64,000 bases of DNA from an uncultured virus (IMG/VR IMGVR_UViG_3300043539_001111) (IMGVR_UViG_3300043539_001111:1-64000), one strand, 5' to 3'. Shown: positions 9,823 through 21,055, numbered from the stretch's first letter. Numbers and translations are program-made. The notes: generated from the letters alone by a model not told the origin.

Positions 9823-11499
9823 ATGGAAAATAAATTAATATTAGAAATTAATCAAATAAGAAGTAATATGGGTTTACCTGTAATTACTGAAGAAGTTAAT
9901 ATACTTTTAGAAGGTCCAACAAATGAAACTATTGCTACAATATTTAACGCACTCGTTAGGGGTTCGTTAAAAGCAGTAACTACAGAAGAAAGAGCGTTAA
10001 TTAGACGATTTATCAAGGGGGAAATTGATGACGCATCGGACAATGCAATTAAATTAAAATTTTCAAATTTTATAAAAACACCAAACGGTGTTAAAACAAT
10101 TGCGGAACTTGAACGAGCAATAAAAGCCGCAAAAACAAGAAGAAATAATCCAATTGATGCACAAACAGAAGGTTATATGAACGCAGTTCTTAATAAAATG
10201 AGAAGAGCTGGTACTAAATGGGCTAAAACTAAAAAAGCATTAGATAAAACATTTACAGAATTAGGAGGAATTACATCTAATCAGGTTAAATGGTTGGAAA
10301 AGGTTCATGGTAAAAATTGGGCAAAACCTTTTTATAGTTTTTTTGATTCAGTTAAAAGTATGTTTAAATCTGAAGAAACATTATTAAATGAAACTTTGGA
10401 ATTAATTAAACAACTTAGTATTGATACTGGTTCTACAAATATTGCAAATTATAAAAAACAAATTTCATTAAATTTTGAAAAATTAACAAAAATGAGAAGG
10501 GATAATTTTGATAAAATAAATGATTGGATATCAAAAAATGTACCTCCTAGCGTTAAAAAAAGATTAGATAAAGAAAATTTAAATGGATATGGTAGAGCCA
10601 AAAAATTAGCAACCGGTGCCTTTGAAAAGGAATTTCAGAAAGAGTATGGGACTTTTAATGATAGAATAAGTAAATTTTGGTCACAAATGAAAGACATCAC
10701 TTACGCAAATAAAAAAAGGGTTGAAAAGAAATACGGTAGTAAATCAGAAATGTGGGGTGATTTAGTAAGGCTTAAAAATATGGATTTAAAGGGTGACCAT
10801 TCTACTAAGTTTGGTGAATTAAAGGCTGATTTTTGGTATGGGTCGACATTAGTCCCATCAGCTTGGGGTGAATATATTAAAAAAGCGGGAAAAAGTGCCG
10901 CGGCAAAAAAATATATTGCAGAATACGCAACGGTATATGTTAGAATAAACTTAATAATTGCTGGTTTAGAATTGGCTGTTGATGTTTTTGCTAAAATTGT
11001 TGAAGATTGGTATTTTTTTGAAGATTTGGGGTGGGTACAAACTTTATCAAAAAATTATAATAAAAATTATTATAAGGCACTTGGTTTAGAGACAGATGAA
11101 CAAATTAACGAATATAAGAAAAAATACAAAGATGCTAAAGTAGAGTTAGAAACCGTTTTAAAAGTTTATTTACAATACGCTTACGAACAATTCAATACTT
11201 GGGAAAGTCTTATACCTGGATTTGCGGATAATGTTATTGTTGGAATTAAAGATATGATATTATGGTTAGCAAATCCTGAAACAAAACTAGATAAAGAAGA
11301 TGGTGAAGAAGTAATTAAAAAAGTTAAACCAATTATAGATGATTCTAAACAAAAGTTAGATTCTTTAAAAAATAAATTAGACGAGGATTTCAAAAGAAAA
11401 GTGGATTCTCTTGAAAATTTACCAATACCGGCTCCGGTCGATAATGATACAATTATAACTCCGGAAAAAATAAAAACAGCTGACGAATCAGGATTTTAA
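9823..11499 (+). CDS. hypothetical protein (558 aa)
   Basis: long ORF in + strand operon. Confidence 0.75.
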   Translation: MENKLILEINQIRSNMGLPVITEEVNILLEGPTNETIATIFNALVRGSLKAVTTEERALIRRFIKGEIDDASDNAIKLKFSNFIKTPNGVKTIAELERAIKAAKTRRNNPIDAQTEGYMNAVLNKMRRAGTKWAKTKKALDKTFTELGGITSNQVKWLEKVHGKNWAKPFYSFFDSVKSMFKSEETLLNETLELIKQLSIDTGSTNIANYKKQISLNFEKLTKMRRDNFDKINDWISKNVPPSVKKRLDKENLNGYGRAKKLATGAFEKEFQKEYGTFNDRISKFWSQMKDITYANKKRVEKKYGSKSEMWGDLVRLKNMDLKGDHSTKFGELKADFWYGSTLVPSAWGEYIKKAGKSAAAKKYIAEYATVYVRINLIIAGLELAVDVFAKIVEDWYFFEDLGWVQTLSKNYNKNYYKALGLETDEQINEYKKKYKDAKVELETVLKVYLQYAYEQFNTWESLIPGFADNVIVGIKDMILWLANPETKLDKEDGEEVIKKVKPIIDDSKQKLDSLKNKLDEDFKRKVDSLENLPIPAPVDNDTIITPEKIKTADESGF

Positions 11500-11501
11500 T
11501 T

Positions 11502-12806
11502 ATGGCTTTAGATAGAGAACAATTATATATAAAAATGAAAGCAAAGGCTAAGTCTTTAGGAAAGTTAGACGTGTTTAACAACGCTTATCCTAATTTAAAG
11601 ACTTGGGTTAAAATACGATTTCAAGATGAATCTCAAACTAATGAAACGTTTAAAAGAGCTAAAACAAATAATATTATTTCATCAGATTGGACAATTAAAT
11701 CATTTTATCAAACATACGCGTGTGATTTAGGTTGGGCTAAAAATTTATCATATTGTAGTAGTAATAGTACAACGGGTAACGACCCCCAACCAACAACTGA
11801 ATTACCTTCTTGGACTCCGGATTGTGTAAAAAATGGAGTTAAAAGTTTAAGTGGTACTACAGACCCAAACAAAGTTGTTTATATCAATGATAAAGGTGAT
11901 AAATGGTATTTCTCTAAAAATGGAGACTTTCTTTATATTTTTAAAAGTGGTAAACGTATTAGTGGTGATTATGTTTGTGATGATAATGATGTTGTAATAA
12001 CAACTGAGGATGGTGAAGTTTATCGTGGAAAAAATAAAAAATGGTTAAAAAAAGTAACCGATAGTGAATTACAGAAAAAATTAAAAGACAAAGACGATAC
12101 TAGTTTTTGGGAAGACATTAAAATTGGTGTTCCATCATTAATTAATAAAGCCGGTGAATGGTTTCACGACATTGGTGAGGACGCCAAAAAATGGTGGAAT
12201 GATTGGAGAAAAGAGGAAAACAATGGAAATTCAAATTCTTCTTGTAATACTAATGGTTGGTTAAAAGACCCAACAGGTAGTAAAAAATACGTATTTAAGG
12301 TTATAGAATGTAAATGGTATACCAAGAATGTTAGTACTTGTAAAGAGTTTAATATTAATGATAATCTAAAATATAAAAGGTCTGTTGATATATTAAATAA
12401 AGAATACCCTAATGAATTAAAAAATTGTAATAAAAATCAATCATCTGTTAACGAACCTTCTTGGGTTAAAGATTACCCTTGTATTCGTGGGTTTGGTGAG
12501 GCTTTACCAAAAAATTCGGATAGTAAAGTTTCATTTAAGTCATCAAACGGTTTAGATATTTTAAACTTTTATAAAAATTCAAAATTTAGTTATGAACATG
12601 AAAGTGGAGAAATTATGAATGGTACTTGGAAATGTGAAAACAATGTAATAATTATTGATACTGATGATAAGGCTCGTTTTATTTCAGGTAAAGGATGGGA
12701 TTATAGTAAGGTAATTAAGAAAGACCAAGAAATAATTAAAAAAGATTATGAAATTTCACCTGATGATGAAATTATTTATAAACAAGTTGATAAAGACGAA
12801 TTTTAG
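11502..12806 (+). CDS. hypothetical protein with two internal repeats
   Basis: PSW..C...F.KNG.F...G...C.....I.T repeated twice. Confidence 0.75.
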   Translation: MALDREQLYIKMKAKAKSLGKLDVFNNAYPNLKTWVKIRFQDESQTNETFKRAKTNNIISSDWTIKSFYQTYACDLGWAKNLSYCSSNSTTGNDPQPTTELPSWTPDCVKNGVKSLSGTTDPNKVVYINDKGDKWYFSKNGDFLYIFKSGKRISGDYVCDDNDVVITTEDGEVYRGKNKKWLKKVTDSELQKKLKDKDDTSFWEDIKIGVPSLINKAGEWFHDIGEDAKKWWNDWRKEENNGNSNSSCNTNGWLKDPTGSKKYVFKVIECKWYTKNVSTCKEFNINDNLKYKRSVDILNKEYPNELKNCNKNQSSVNEPSWVKDYPCIRGFGEALPKNSDSKVSFKSSNGLDILNFYKNSKFSYEHESGEIMNGTWKCENNVIIIDTDDKARFISGKGWDYSKVIKKDQEIIKKDYEISPDDEIIYKQVDKDEF

Positions 12807-12808
12807 TA

Positions 12809-13582
12809 ATGAAAAATATAAATATGAGAAGATTAATTTTAGAGGACTATACACCAACTAATACCGATAAATACCCAATCAAACAAATTAAGGGTGAAGT
12901 TGACCCTGATACTAAAAAACAACCCATTTATCAAATTGGGTTAAGTGATAATTTGTTGGTTTTTAAAAGAATGGATGAAGATGGGAAATTTAGTGGTGAA
13001 TGGTTAAAGTTTGCTAGCCCAGCAATTGTTAAGAAATTAAAAAAGGAACATTATAATCTTGTAGATGAAGAAGGAAATGTTATAAGTATTTTTGATGATA
13101 CTCCTGAAAAAAGAGAGTCTTCAAGTAAAACTAACGTAAAAACTAACGAAAAGTGTTTACCATTAAAAACTCCACCAGCAGGTCTTACATTAAATATTAA
13201 AAACCCTGGTGATAAAAACTATATTTATGGTAAAGTTGGCGAGGAATGGTTTGCTCAAAACGTTAAGAATAAAAAAATATTTAATTTAACTAAATGTAAT
13301 TATACAACATCAATTGCCAAATTAGAAAAGTTAAAACCGGGTAGTGCAAATGCAAGTGTTGAACAATTACAGAGTCAAAGTAAAGAAATTCAACAAAGTG
13401 CGGGATTACCTGAAACAGGTTCTTTTGATATTCAATCGTTAGAAAAATTAATAAAATTATTAAGTGATGAGGAACAACCAAAAGTACAATCGGTAAATCA
13501 ATTAAAACTAGCAGGAATTCAAACCCCTAATGCCGAAGAACAATTAAAACAAATTGCGTCACAACAAACAATAAGACAATAA
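12809..13582 (+). CDS. hypothetical protein
   Basis: ORF; NPGDKNYIY motif resembles DPTGSKKYVF in upstream ORF. Confidence 0.7.
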   Translation: MKNINMRRLILEDYTPTNTDKYPIKQIKGEVDPDTKKQPIYQIGLSDNLLVFKRMDEDGKFSGEWLKFASPAIVKKLKKEHYNLVDEEGNVISIFDDTPEKRESSSKTNVKTNEKCLPLKTPPAGLTLNIKNPGDKNYIYGKVGEEWFAQNVKNKKIFNLTKCNYTTSIAKLEKLKPGSANASVEQLQSQSKEIQQSAGLPETGSFDIQSLEKLIKLLSDEEQPKVQSVNQLKLAGIQTPNAEEQLKQIASQQTIRQ

Positions 13583-13583
13583 G

Positions 13584-14195
13584 ATGGAAAAATATAGTTT
13601 AAATGAGGGTAATGAATCTTTGAAGAGAATTCTTCTTATGATGAATTATGATAATAAGAAAACACTTGAAGAAAATACTAAAGTTATTTTTGAACAAGAA
13701 GAGGCCGGCGATTTGATAAATAAATATGGTAAAAAAATGGGTGTAACCTTACCATCGGATTTAGCAACACAGGCAACAGCGGCTCCGACAACAGCGGCTC
13801 CGGCAACATCGGCTCCGGCAACAGCGGCTCCGGCAACAGCGGCTCCGGCAACAGCTGCTACGGCAACACCTGAAGTTTCTTTAAGTTATGAAGATACTGT
13901 TAAGAAATTACAAAATTTATTAATAACAAAATATAAGGCCAAACTAGGTTCATCAGGGCCTAATAAAGATGGTGCTGATGGTAAAATAGGAAAATTAACT
14001 TTAGACGCTATTGGAGATGCAATTAGAACTAAATTTGCTAAACAACCTCCAACACCGACTGATGGTGAGAATAAATCAATAACTCCAAAAACTAAAGATG
14101 ATGAAACTATAACTCCGGAAGATAAACCTGAAACTACAATAACACCTGATACAACTCCGGCAGTTAATCCGGGGTCTGTAGACGATTGGAAATAA
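13584..14195 (+). CDS. protein with peptidoglycan-binding-like motif and TAAPA repeats
   Basis: VKKLQNLL...GADGKIGKLTLDA. Confidence 0.6.
   Translation: MEKYSLNEGNESLKRILLMMNYDNKKTLEENTKVIFEQEEAGDLINKYGKKMGVTLPSDLATQATAAPTTAAPATSAPATAAPATAAPATAATATPEVSLSYEDTVKKLQNLLITKYKAKLGSSGPNKDGADGKIGKLTLDAIGDAIRTKFAKQPPTPTDGENKSITPKTKDDETITPEDKPETTITPDTTPAVNPGSVDDWK
13773..13868 (+). repeat. 15-bp tandem repeat GCAACAGCGGCTCCG (ATAAP)
   Basis: about six imperfect copies. Confidence 0.9.
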
Positions 14196-14213
14196 TATAA
14201 AAACACAGTTAAA

Positions 14214-15797
14214 ATGAAACTTAATAGAATTTTAAAAGAACAAGCAACACAACCTACCAACAATGATAGAGATAAGTTGTATAAAGCATTACAAGCCGGA
14301 TGTTTTCCACAATGGTTAAGTAATGGTCAATTTGGTAAAATTGCCGGTAAGAGCATTTATTATGGAAAAAATAGTAAAGGTGAAGATATTGTGTTTTATG
14401 CTGACATGACGGCACAAAACATGAAAACTAAAGAAAAAAGATATTGGGTGTGTGAGGCAATCACTAATAATCCATTATTATCAACATTTGGTATTGACTC
14501 AAAATTAGATAAAGAAACATTGACGAAAACACTAAAAAATGTAACGGCTAACTTACAATCTTATGTTGATAAAGGTGCCGTGTCAAATATTTTTAAACAA
14601 TGGAATGATTTATTAACATCTACTTATCCTGATGTGACAAAACTAGTTATAACTGATGAGAATTCATTACCTGATAATGATATTTTAACAACTCAATTTT
14701 CACAAGTCCCTGCATTAGACAGAGATAAAGGATGGAAAAATGTAATGATATATTTACCAAAAGGTAAAACTAAAGATTTACAAGCGGGTGTTGTCGGAGG
14801 AATTAAATTAGATGCTGAAGGTTGTAGAACAATTTTAGGTCAATATCTTGGAGCGGCGTTACAATATAACGCTCAAGTTGAAACAACACCAATTCCACAA
14901 TTAAGAGAGTTTAGACAACAATTAGTTAAATGTGATGGTTCAGGTCAATTTGATAGTTTCCAAGGTTTTACAGAAGGAGAAACGGCATCAGTAAAAAGTA
15001 AATTGTCACCTTACGGATTTTTAAATAAGAAAATTAATAAAAGACAAGTGTTTAGAATTTTAGCGGGTAAAACTAAATATCTTAAAGCGCCTAGTCCATA
15101 TATTATAGGTCTTAATGAATCAACTGATTTAACTATTAAAAATGTTATTAAAGAAAATTTAAATAAAGTTAAAAATGAAAAATTAAGAACGTATTCTGCG
15201 GAATCAAAAATCATTAAAAATAGAGCGTCAATCATAGTTGAATCACCTATTATAAACACAAAACCACAGCAAAAAAGATTATTTAATGATATCTTGACAG
15301 AATCAATTTATTTAAATTCTCAAGGGTTTAGTAAACACATTATCCAAGAACAATTTTTTGATACGTTAAAAGGGTTCTTTGATAAAGAAGACCACGATTC
15401 TATATTCGACACGTTCAAAGAATATATGGGTGAATGGTTAGTATCTAAATTAACCCCATTACATCCTGATGGATGGATGAGTAAATCTATCATAAGTTCA
15501 ATTGACGATATTAAAATAAATGATATTGAGAAATTATTAGATTGTAGTTATTTAACAAAATCTATTTCAAAATCAATCATTGATGGAAGTGTTGGAAAAT
15601 TAGAAAAAGACAATGATTTAGATGGTGGATTATATGATATGGTAAGAAACAATCTATTTGATTATGTTAATGGAAATGACTTTTTAAACAAACTTGAAAG
15701 TGATATCACAAAAATATTATGTCCATTGTTAAATGGCATAACTGAAAAATTAGAAAATGCTCACGATGAGATTCGTGAAAAAGCTATGTCTAATTAA
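14214..15797 (+). CDS. hypothetical protein (527 aa)
   Basis: long ORF. Confidence 0.75.
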   Translation: MKLNRILKEQATQPTNNDRDKLYKALQAGCFPQWLSNGQFGKIAGKSIYYGKNSKGEDIVFYADMTAQNMKTKEKRYWVCEAITNNPLLSTFGIDSKLDKETLTKTLKNVTANLQSYVDKGAVSNIFKQWNDLLTSTYPDVTKLVITDENSLPDNDILTTQFSQVPALDRDKGWKNVMIYLPKGKTKDLQAGVVGGIKLDAEGCRTILGQYLGAALQYNAQVETTPIPQLREFRQQLVKCDGSGQFDSFQGFTEGETASVKSKLSPYGFLNKKINKRQVFRILAGKTKYLKAPSPYIIGLNESTDLTIKNVIKENLNKVKNEKLRTYSAESKIIKNRASIIVESPIINTKPQQKRLFNDILTESIYLNSQGFSKHIIQEQFFDTLKGFFDKEDHDSIFDTFKEYMGEWLVSKLTPLHPDGWMSKSIISSIDDIKINDIEKLLDCSYLTKSISKSIIDGSVGKLEKDNDLDGGLYDMVRNNLFDYVNGNDFLNKLESDITKILCPLLNGITEKLENAHDEIREKAMSN

Positions 15798-15896
15798 AGC
15801 ACCTTCGGAGTAGAATCCGAATGGGATTAACCAACTAAAAGAAAGGGGAAAATTCCAAATCTAGCAAAAAGATGTCGTGAGACATCTTTTTGTTTT

Positions 15897-16481
15897 TTAG
15901 TTATGTACGAATAATACTTTGTCTATTTTAAAAATACTTGGGGATAATTTTAAAACTTCAGTAAAGTAAATCCAGTCAGCATTAAATGCCACGGAATTAA
16001 AACCTACTTTTTTAGCCAATTCACTTTTAATAACAACATTACCCATATCAACTTTAGAACTAACTAATTGACTATTCATTAATCCGTAAGTAGAACCATT
16101 ACTATTAAATGGTGTTTTATGAGAATGAATTAAATCAAAATATATTAAATCTTCAGTTCTTTTACTTACTTCTTCAATCATATTTGGTGTATAGTAATTA
16201 TCACCATTAGTTAATAATACATATTCATTTTTAATTACATTTTCTAATGACCATTTACGTAATAAATGACCATAATTTTCGGTTCTTACCGGATGTTCAA
16301 TAAAACTAATTCTATTTGAACTTAAATAACCATTATCTCTAAGGTCTTTACGTAATATTGGATTTGGGCCATCATGAATAATAACTAATCTCCAATTATT
16401 ACTCGTTTGTGCTCTAATTGAATTTATGAAACATTTTAATATTTCATTTTGACCGTATGTTACCGCGATTATATCAACCAT
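15897..16481 (-). CDS. GT2-like glycosyltransferase
   Basis: IIAVTY, IIHDGP, LTNGDNYY, ADW motifs. Confidence 0.8.
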   Translation of the reverse strand: MVDIIAVTYGQNEILKCFINSIRAQTSNNWRLVIIHDGPNPILRKDLRDNGYLSSNRISFIEHPVRTENYGHLLRKWSLENVIKNEYVLLTNGDNYYTPNMIEEVSKRTEDLIYFDLIHSHKTPFNSNGSTYGLMNSQLVSSKVDMGNVVIKSELAKKVGFNSVAFNADWIYFTEVLKLSPSIFKIDKVLFVHN

Positions 16482-17173
16482 TTTCTTGGATGTTTAATTT
16501 TTGGATTTAAATATTTATTTGAATAAATTGATGAACCAACCGGTATTGGTTTTATATCTATACCTGATTTCCAAGATGAGTAAACTTGAGATAATTGGTC
16601 TCTAGCACTAAAGTTTTTTACTTCACTCCACCAAATATCATTAAATTCGTTAACTACTTTATTATATTTTCTAATAGTGAATCCACTATCAAATAAACCA
16701 TAATTACGAGGAAATCCCTCAATTCTATATCTAGACATTTGAGAATTAACAATATTATCATAATCTAATCTTTGTTGTTTAACTTCTTCGGATTCTGAAT
16801 ATATACATTGTCTAACATCGTGTTTATATGACATAATGTTATTGTTGAAAAAACCAATTTCTTTTAAAAATTCTTCGGCGTTATTAAATTTAGGTTTATA
16901 ACAATGGTCCACCCATATACTAATATCGTGATTAGGTAAAACTAAATGTGGGTTTATTTTAATATATCTGGCCTTTCTTCTATTGTCTAACTTACTATCA
17001 ACAAAGTCGATGTGGTTAATTTCCCAAACATCGGATTTGAAATACTTATTATCCGTAAATAAAATATATCTAATGTTTGGGTCATACACATCAGGAGACC
17101 TTAATTCATCATATCCTCCGGTGTTAACACTATAAACAATTATTTTAGGTTTCTTATACTCTAAATTATCCAT
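16469..17173 (-). CDS. DUF616-like glycosyltransferase
   Basis: YSVNTGGYD, KINPHL, SIWVD, RDQLS. Confidence 0.8.
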   Translation of the reverse strand: MDNLEYKKPKIIVYSVNTGGYDELRSPDVYDPNIRYILFTDNKYFKSDVWEINHIDFVDSKLDNRRKARYIKINPHLVLPNHDISIWVDHCYKPKFNNAEEFLKEIGFFNNNIMSYKHDVRQCIYSESEEVKQQRLDYDNIVNSQMSRYRIEGFPRNYGLFDSGFTIRKYNKVVNEFNDIWWSEVKNFSARDQLSQVYSSWKSGIDIKPIPVGSSIYSNKYLNPKIKHPRKWLI

Positions 17174-17945
17174 TATTATAAAAATCTTCGATTATTTGTA
17201 TTTTTTCTTTAATCATTTTACTTAAAGTTGGTTCAAGTTCCTTAAACTCATTAGAGTTTCTAAATTCAAACCATTGGTTTTTCCAATTTGGCATACCCCA
17301 ATTCATAGTACCTGTAGGATTTCTATTTGGAGATACGTGAATACCGTGAACAGGTCTATATGTATTTTCCATATTAAAATTAGGATAACGTTTTTTAACT
17401 AATTCATATAAAAATACTTCATCATGTTGTAACAACCCTCTTTGGCATAAATCATCGTAATTTGGTATTGGATAGTAACTATCATAAGTTGTGAAATGTA
17501 GCCCACTTAATCTACGATGAGGGTGGGATTGGTCTTTAACTGGTCTAACAATATTTGAGTATGGTAAATTTAATTTTTCCATATCATTTATGTGAATGTC
17601 AGTTAATTCTTTCTGAAGACAAATAATGTCAATATCTGATATGTAAACGTATTTACTTTTGTTTTTAGGCGGCGTAAAAAATCTAATGGTATTAGGTATT
17701 GAACTGTATTTTTGGTTATTAACTTTAATTGGTCCAAAATCAATTACGTGAATACTAAATTTATCAGGATAGAATTTATTTAACACTTGTAAACTTTTTA
17801 AAATTTCGGGTTTTAACATTGTATCAACACCTATTTCAACGAAACAATCTTCATTGTAGTATAAATGTGATAATATGAAAAGAGGTATAAATTCTTTATA
17901 TATCCCATTACAGGCGGTAAAAAAATTAGTTTTAATCATTTTCAA
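17166..17945 (-). CDS. putative glycosyltransferase
   Basis: YISDIDI (DxD) motif; cluster context. Confidence 0.6.
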   Translation of the reverse strand: MKMIKTNFFTACNGIYKEFIPLFILSHLYYNEDCFVEIGVDTMLKPEILKSLQVLNKFYPDKFSIHVIDFGPIKVNNQKYSSIPNTIRFFTPPKNKSKYVYISDIDIICLQKELTDIHINDMEKLNLPYSNIVRPVKDQSHPHRRLSGLHFTTYDSYYPIPNYDDLCQRGLLQHDEVFLYELVKKRYPNFNMENTYRPVHGIHVSPNRNPTGTMNWGMPNWKNQWFEFRNSNEFKELEPTLSKMIKEKIQIIEDFYNNG

Positions 17946-18672
17946 TAATTTTTGTTTTATGTTGTCTTATATAATCAAACCCTTTATCCGACCATTGTGC
18001 TCTACCTAACGGATTTTTTAAAAAATGTTTGATTAATGTTGGGATATAATCATAATGCCCCATTGCGATATGTTTAGTTAAATAATCATATTTTTCATCG
18101 GCATTTTTTTCCATTATAACAAAAACTTTATTTGATAATAATGGAGTTAATCTTATCCAATCAAATTCTTGAGAACTATCGTGAGTATTAACCAATAAAA
18201 CTATTTTACTATTATTAATTAATTTCCACAAATCAGCACCAACAACAGGAGGTGATGTATGAAGAATAACTTTATTTGGTACTGATATTTTATCTAATAT
18301 TTCTTTTCGTCTAGGACTTAATACTCCGTAAAAAAGTACATCAATTTCTTTAGATTCTTCATATTCAACTCTATAGTTATTTGAATAACGAATTTCAAAA
18401 TTTTTAGAATAATCTAAAACTTTTGTTGCGTTTTCACACATTATTTTGTATTCCGGATATCGATTAAAGGTTCTTTCAAGGGGTTCTGTTTGAACTACAA
18501 TATAATCACCTTTAATTGCTTTGTAAAATCCTGATAAGAATGATGTAAAGAATAAAACCCAAGTACCCGTTTCGTTTGGGTTTGATGTGTGTTTACAAGG
18601 TTCACCTAAAACCTCCTCAACCATTTTTGAGATTGAATTAAAGTAACCTCCTTGTTTATGAATTAAATACAT
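17932..18672 (-). CDS. putative glycosyltransferase (GT-B-like C-terminus)
   Basis: IDVLFYGVLSPRR, SKIVLLVN. Confidence 0.6.
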   Translation of the reverse strand: MYLIHKQGGYFNSISKMVEEVLGEPCKHTSNPNETGTWVLFFTSFLSGFYKAIKGDYIVVQTEPLERTFNRYPEYKIMCENATKVLDYSKNFEIRYSNNYRVEYEESKEIDVLFYGVLSPRRKEILDKISVPNKVILHTSPPVVGADLWKLINNSKIVLLVNTHDSSQEFDWIRLTPLLSNKVFVIMEKNADEKYDYLTKHIAMGHYDYIPTLIKHFLKNPLGRAQWSDKGFDYIRQHKTKIIEND

Positions 18673-19241
18673 TATAGTAAGTGTTGTTTATTTTCTTTTA
18701 TTCCTCCACGATACCAATGTTGAACATATATTCCTTTCATTAATCCAACTTTCTCATTAATTAATCTAATTTTTCTGTGAATATCGTTATCAATAGTTAA
18801 CATTTTATCTTCTTTAAAACCACCAACTTTTTCCCATACAGATTTTTTGATTGCAATAAAAACGCCACTTAATTCCATATTTTTTGTTACATCCATAACT
18901 TGATTTCCATATAATTCCCAAATACGGTCACCAAAATTTCTATGATATTCTTGGTCGTTTGTTTTAACGTCAACATTAGGTGCAATTTGGTATTGGCAAT
19001 TAACTCTATTGGTTACACAGGTAAATAAAGAATATTCAGGGTTAGAATCAATAACCTCTTCGATTCGTTTACCAAAAAAATGAGATGTATGAACCGCATC
19101 TCCGTCTAAGAAACAAATCCAATCATTAGTTTTAACCATTGACATTAATTCATTATATGATTTACCAATATTTTTATCAGAATTCCAAGGAATCATATGA
19201 AAAACTCTTCCTTTAGGTTTAATAAATGTAATTTCAGACAT
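18672..19241 (-). CDS. GT2-like glycosyltransferase
   Basis: WICFLDGD, WEKVGGF, IDND. Confidence 0.75.
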   Translation of the reverse strand: MSEITFIKPKGRVFHMIPWNSDKNIGKSYNELMSMVKTNDWICFLDGDAVHTSHFFGKRIEEVIDSNPEYSLFTCVTNRVNCQYQIAPNVDVKTNDQEYHRNFGDRIWELYGNQVMDVTKNMELSGVFIAIKKSVWEKVGGFKEDKMLTIDNDIHRKIRLINEKVGLMKGIYVQHWYRGGIKENKQHLL

Positions 19242-19307
19242 ATTATTTAGTATATAGTATTAAAATAGTGTATTTGATGTATTTATAAATATTGAACCTT
19301 TCTTTTT

Positions 19308-20453
19308 ATGAAATTAATTATTGTATCCACCTTTTGGAATTCTGAAAAATATGTAGCAGACTGTATTAAGTCAATAAAAAATCAATATTATAGTGAGTTT
19401 GTTGCTTATATAGTTGATGATGTTTCGACCGACAATTCTTATGAAGTTGCCCTTGAGGCGATTGATGGTGATGAAAGATTTATATTAATTAAAAACACCG
19501 AAAAAAAATATAAAACAAAAAATTTTATTGATGTCATCAATAATAATCCGGATATTGATTGGGATGATGTTATTATTGAAATTGATGGTGATGACCAACT
19601 AAGTGATAACTTTGTTTTAGGTTTAATTAATAAAATTTATACAAATGAAAACATATGGATTTGTGGTTCAAAATGGATGGATAAAAATGGTGTTGTAGGG
19701 AATTATGGTAAATTTAATGCTGATAAAGCAAGAATTAAATCATGGAATTTCTCACACATGAGAACCTATCGAGCATTTTTATTTAGAATGATAAAAGAAG
19801 AACATTTAATGTTTGAAGGTGAATATTTTAAAGCCGGATGTGATATTGGTGCCGGAATCCCTATGTTAGAAATGGCCGGAAATGAACATTTTTATTATTT
19901 GGACCAAGTTACTTATATCTACACATGGCATGATAACCAATCATATTCAAGTACAAATTCATTTGGTGATAAAACTTTGCAAAGTAAAGTTGCGGGATAT
20001 GTTTATAAATTACCAAAATATGAAAAAGTAATAATAGTTAATGAAGATGGTGTAACATACACACCTAATTATGGTAAACCAAAAGAAAGTGTTGAATTAA
20101 TATCTCGATTAACCGCTCCAAAACCAAGATTATCTAAAAAACCTGTGGTTGTTCAACCTACCATTGTTGAAAAACCGGTTGTTGTTGACAAAACAAAGAG
20201 TATAAATTTAATTAATTCTTTATTGAATAAAAAAGAACCAACTGATAATGTTGATTATAGTGTTATTAATAAAATAATACAAAATAAATCCATTTATATA
20301 CCACCTAAAAAAGATAGTAAACCCCTTAAAGAACTTGTTCCAAACTATCGTAATCAGTTAACCGAACTTAAAAAAGATTCTATGACTAATCAAAGAAAAC
20401 AATTTGACGAAGTTTATATGAAAAAAAGAAAAAAAGGTGGATTATATTTTTGA
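19308..20453 (+). CDS. GT2 glycosyltransferase with C-terminal extension
   Basis: IVDDVSTDNS, EIDGDDQL. Confidence 0.85.
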   Translation: MKLIIVSTFWNSEKYVADCIKSIKNQYYSEFVAYIVDDVSTDNSYEVALEAIDGDERFILIKNTEKKYKTKNFIDVINNNPDIDWDDVIIEIDGDDQLSDNFVLGLINKIYTNENIWICGSKWMDKNGVVGNYGKFNADKARIKSWNFSHMRTYRAFLFRMIKEEHLMFEGEYFKAGCDIGAGIPMLEMAGNEHFYYLDQVTYIYTWHDNQSYSSTNSFGDKTLQSKVAGYVYKLPKYEKVIIVNEDGVTYTPNYGKPKESVELISRLTAPKPRLSKKPVVVQPTIVEKPVVVDKTKSINLINSLLNKKEPTDNVDYSVINKIIQNKSIYIPPKKDSKPLKELVPNYRNQLTELKKDSMTNQRKQFDEVYMKKRKKGGLYF

Positions 20454-20483
20454 TAATTAAATAATTTGTATTACTTTTGTCCA

Positions 20484-20747
20484 ATGAAAACATTTGATGA
20501 TTTAGTATTTAAACCGCACCCATTAGGTAGAGGTTGTGTTATGGCCAGATTAGATTTAGGAAACGATATTGAAGTTTCCGTGGTTGGAGGTCCGGGGTTA
20601 TATGGAAATGGAAAAACTTCATTTGAAGTCGCAGCATTCTACAAAACTCTTGGTAAATTTGTACCATTTGAAGATGGTGAAGATGTTTCAGGTTGGAACT
20701 CAAAAGTTTCCGTAACAAAAATTATTAACAGATTAGAAAATTTATAA
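20484..20747 (+). CDS. hypothetical protein
   Basis: ORF after Bacteroidota-type promoter. Confidence 0.7.
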   Translation: MKTFDDLVFKPHPLGRGCVMARLDLGNDIEVSVVGGPGLYGNGKTSFEVAAFYKTLGKFVPFEDGEDVSGWNSKVSVTKIINRLENL

Positions 20748-20750
20748 ATT

Positions 20751-21008
20751 ATGCCAGATTTTAGCACCTATGTTGACATTGACCCGAGTGAATACGTTGA
20801 TAATTGTTCACCTAGAGAAATTACAGAATTAATTAATATCCTTGTTGATGAAGGGTATTTAGATGGTGAGCCAGTTACATCCCCTAATCACCACAATCTA
20901 TTAGACGAGGAGTGGGCAAATATTATTAGTAAGATAATGAAGTCCCGATTACTCTTATCTAGCGAGGATGAAAATACAATAATTGAGATTGCAAAAAGAT
21001 TAATATAA
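20751..21008 (+). CDS. hypothetical protein
   Basis: ORF track. Confidence 0.7.
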   Translation: MPDFSTYVDIDPSEYVDNCSPREITELINILVDEGYLDGEPVTSPNHHNLLDEEWANIISKIMKSRLLLSSEDENTIIEIAKRLI

Positions 21009-21024
21009 AAAAAATAAAAAAATA

Positions 21025-21055
21025 TTTGACTTTTGATAAACTTTTTGTAAGTTTG
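21025..21055 (+). promoter_or_regulatory. Bacteroidota sigma-A-type promoter upstream of leader ORF 1
   Basis: TTTG-N19-TAAGTTTG. Confidence 0.65.

Noticed and set aside
13773..13868. CRISPR-like repeat
   Set aside because: In-frame coding tandem repeats without spacers; no CRISPR array seen in the window.
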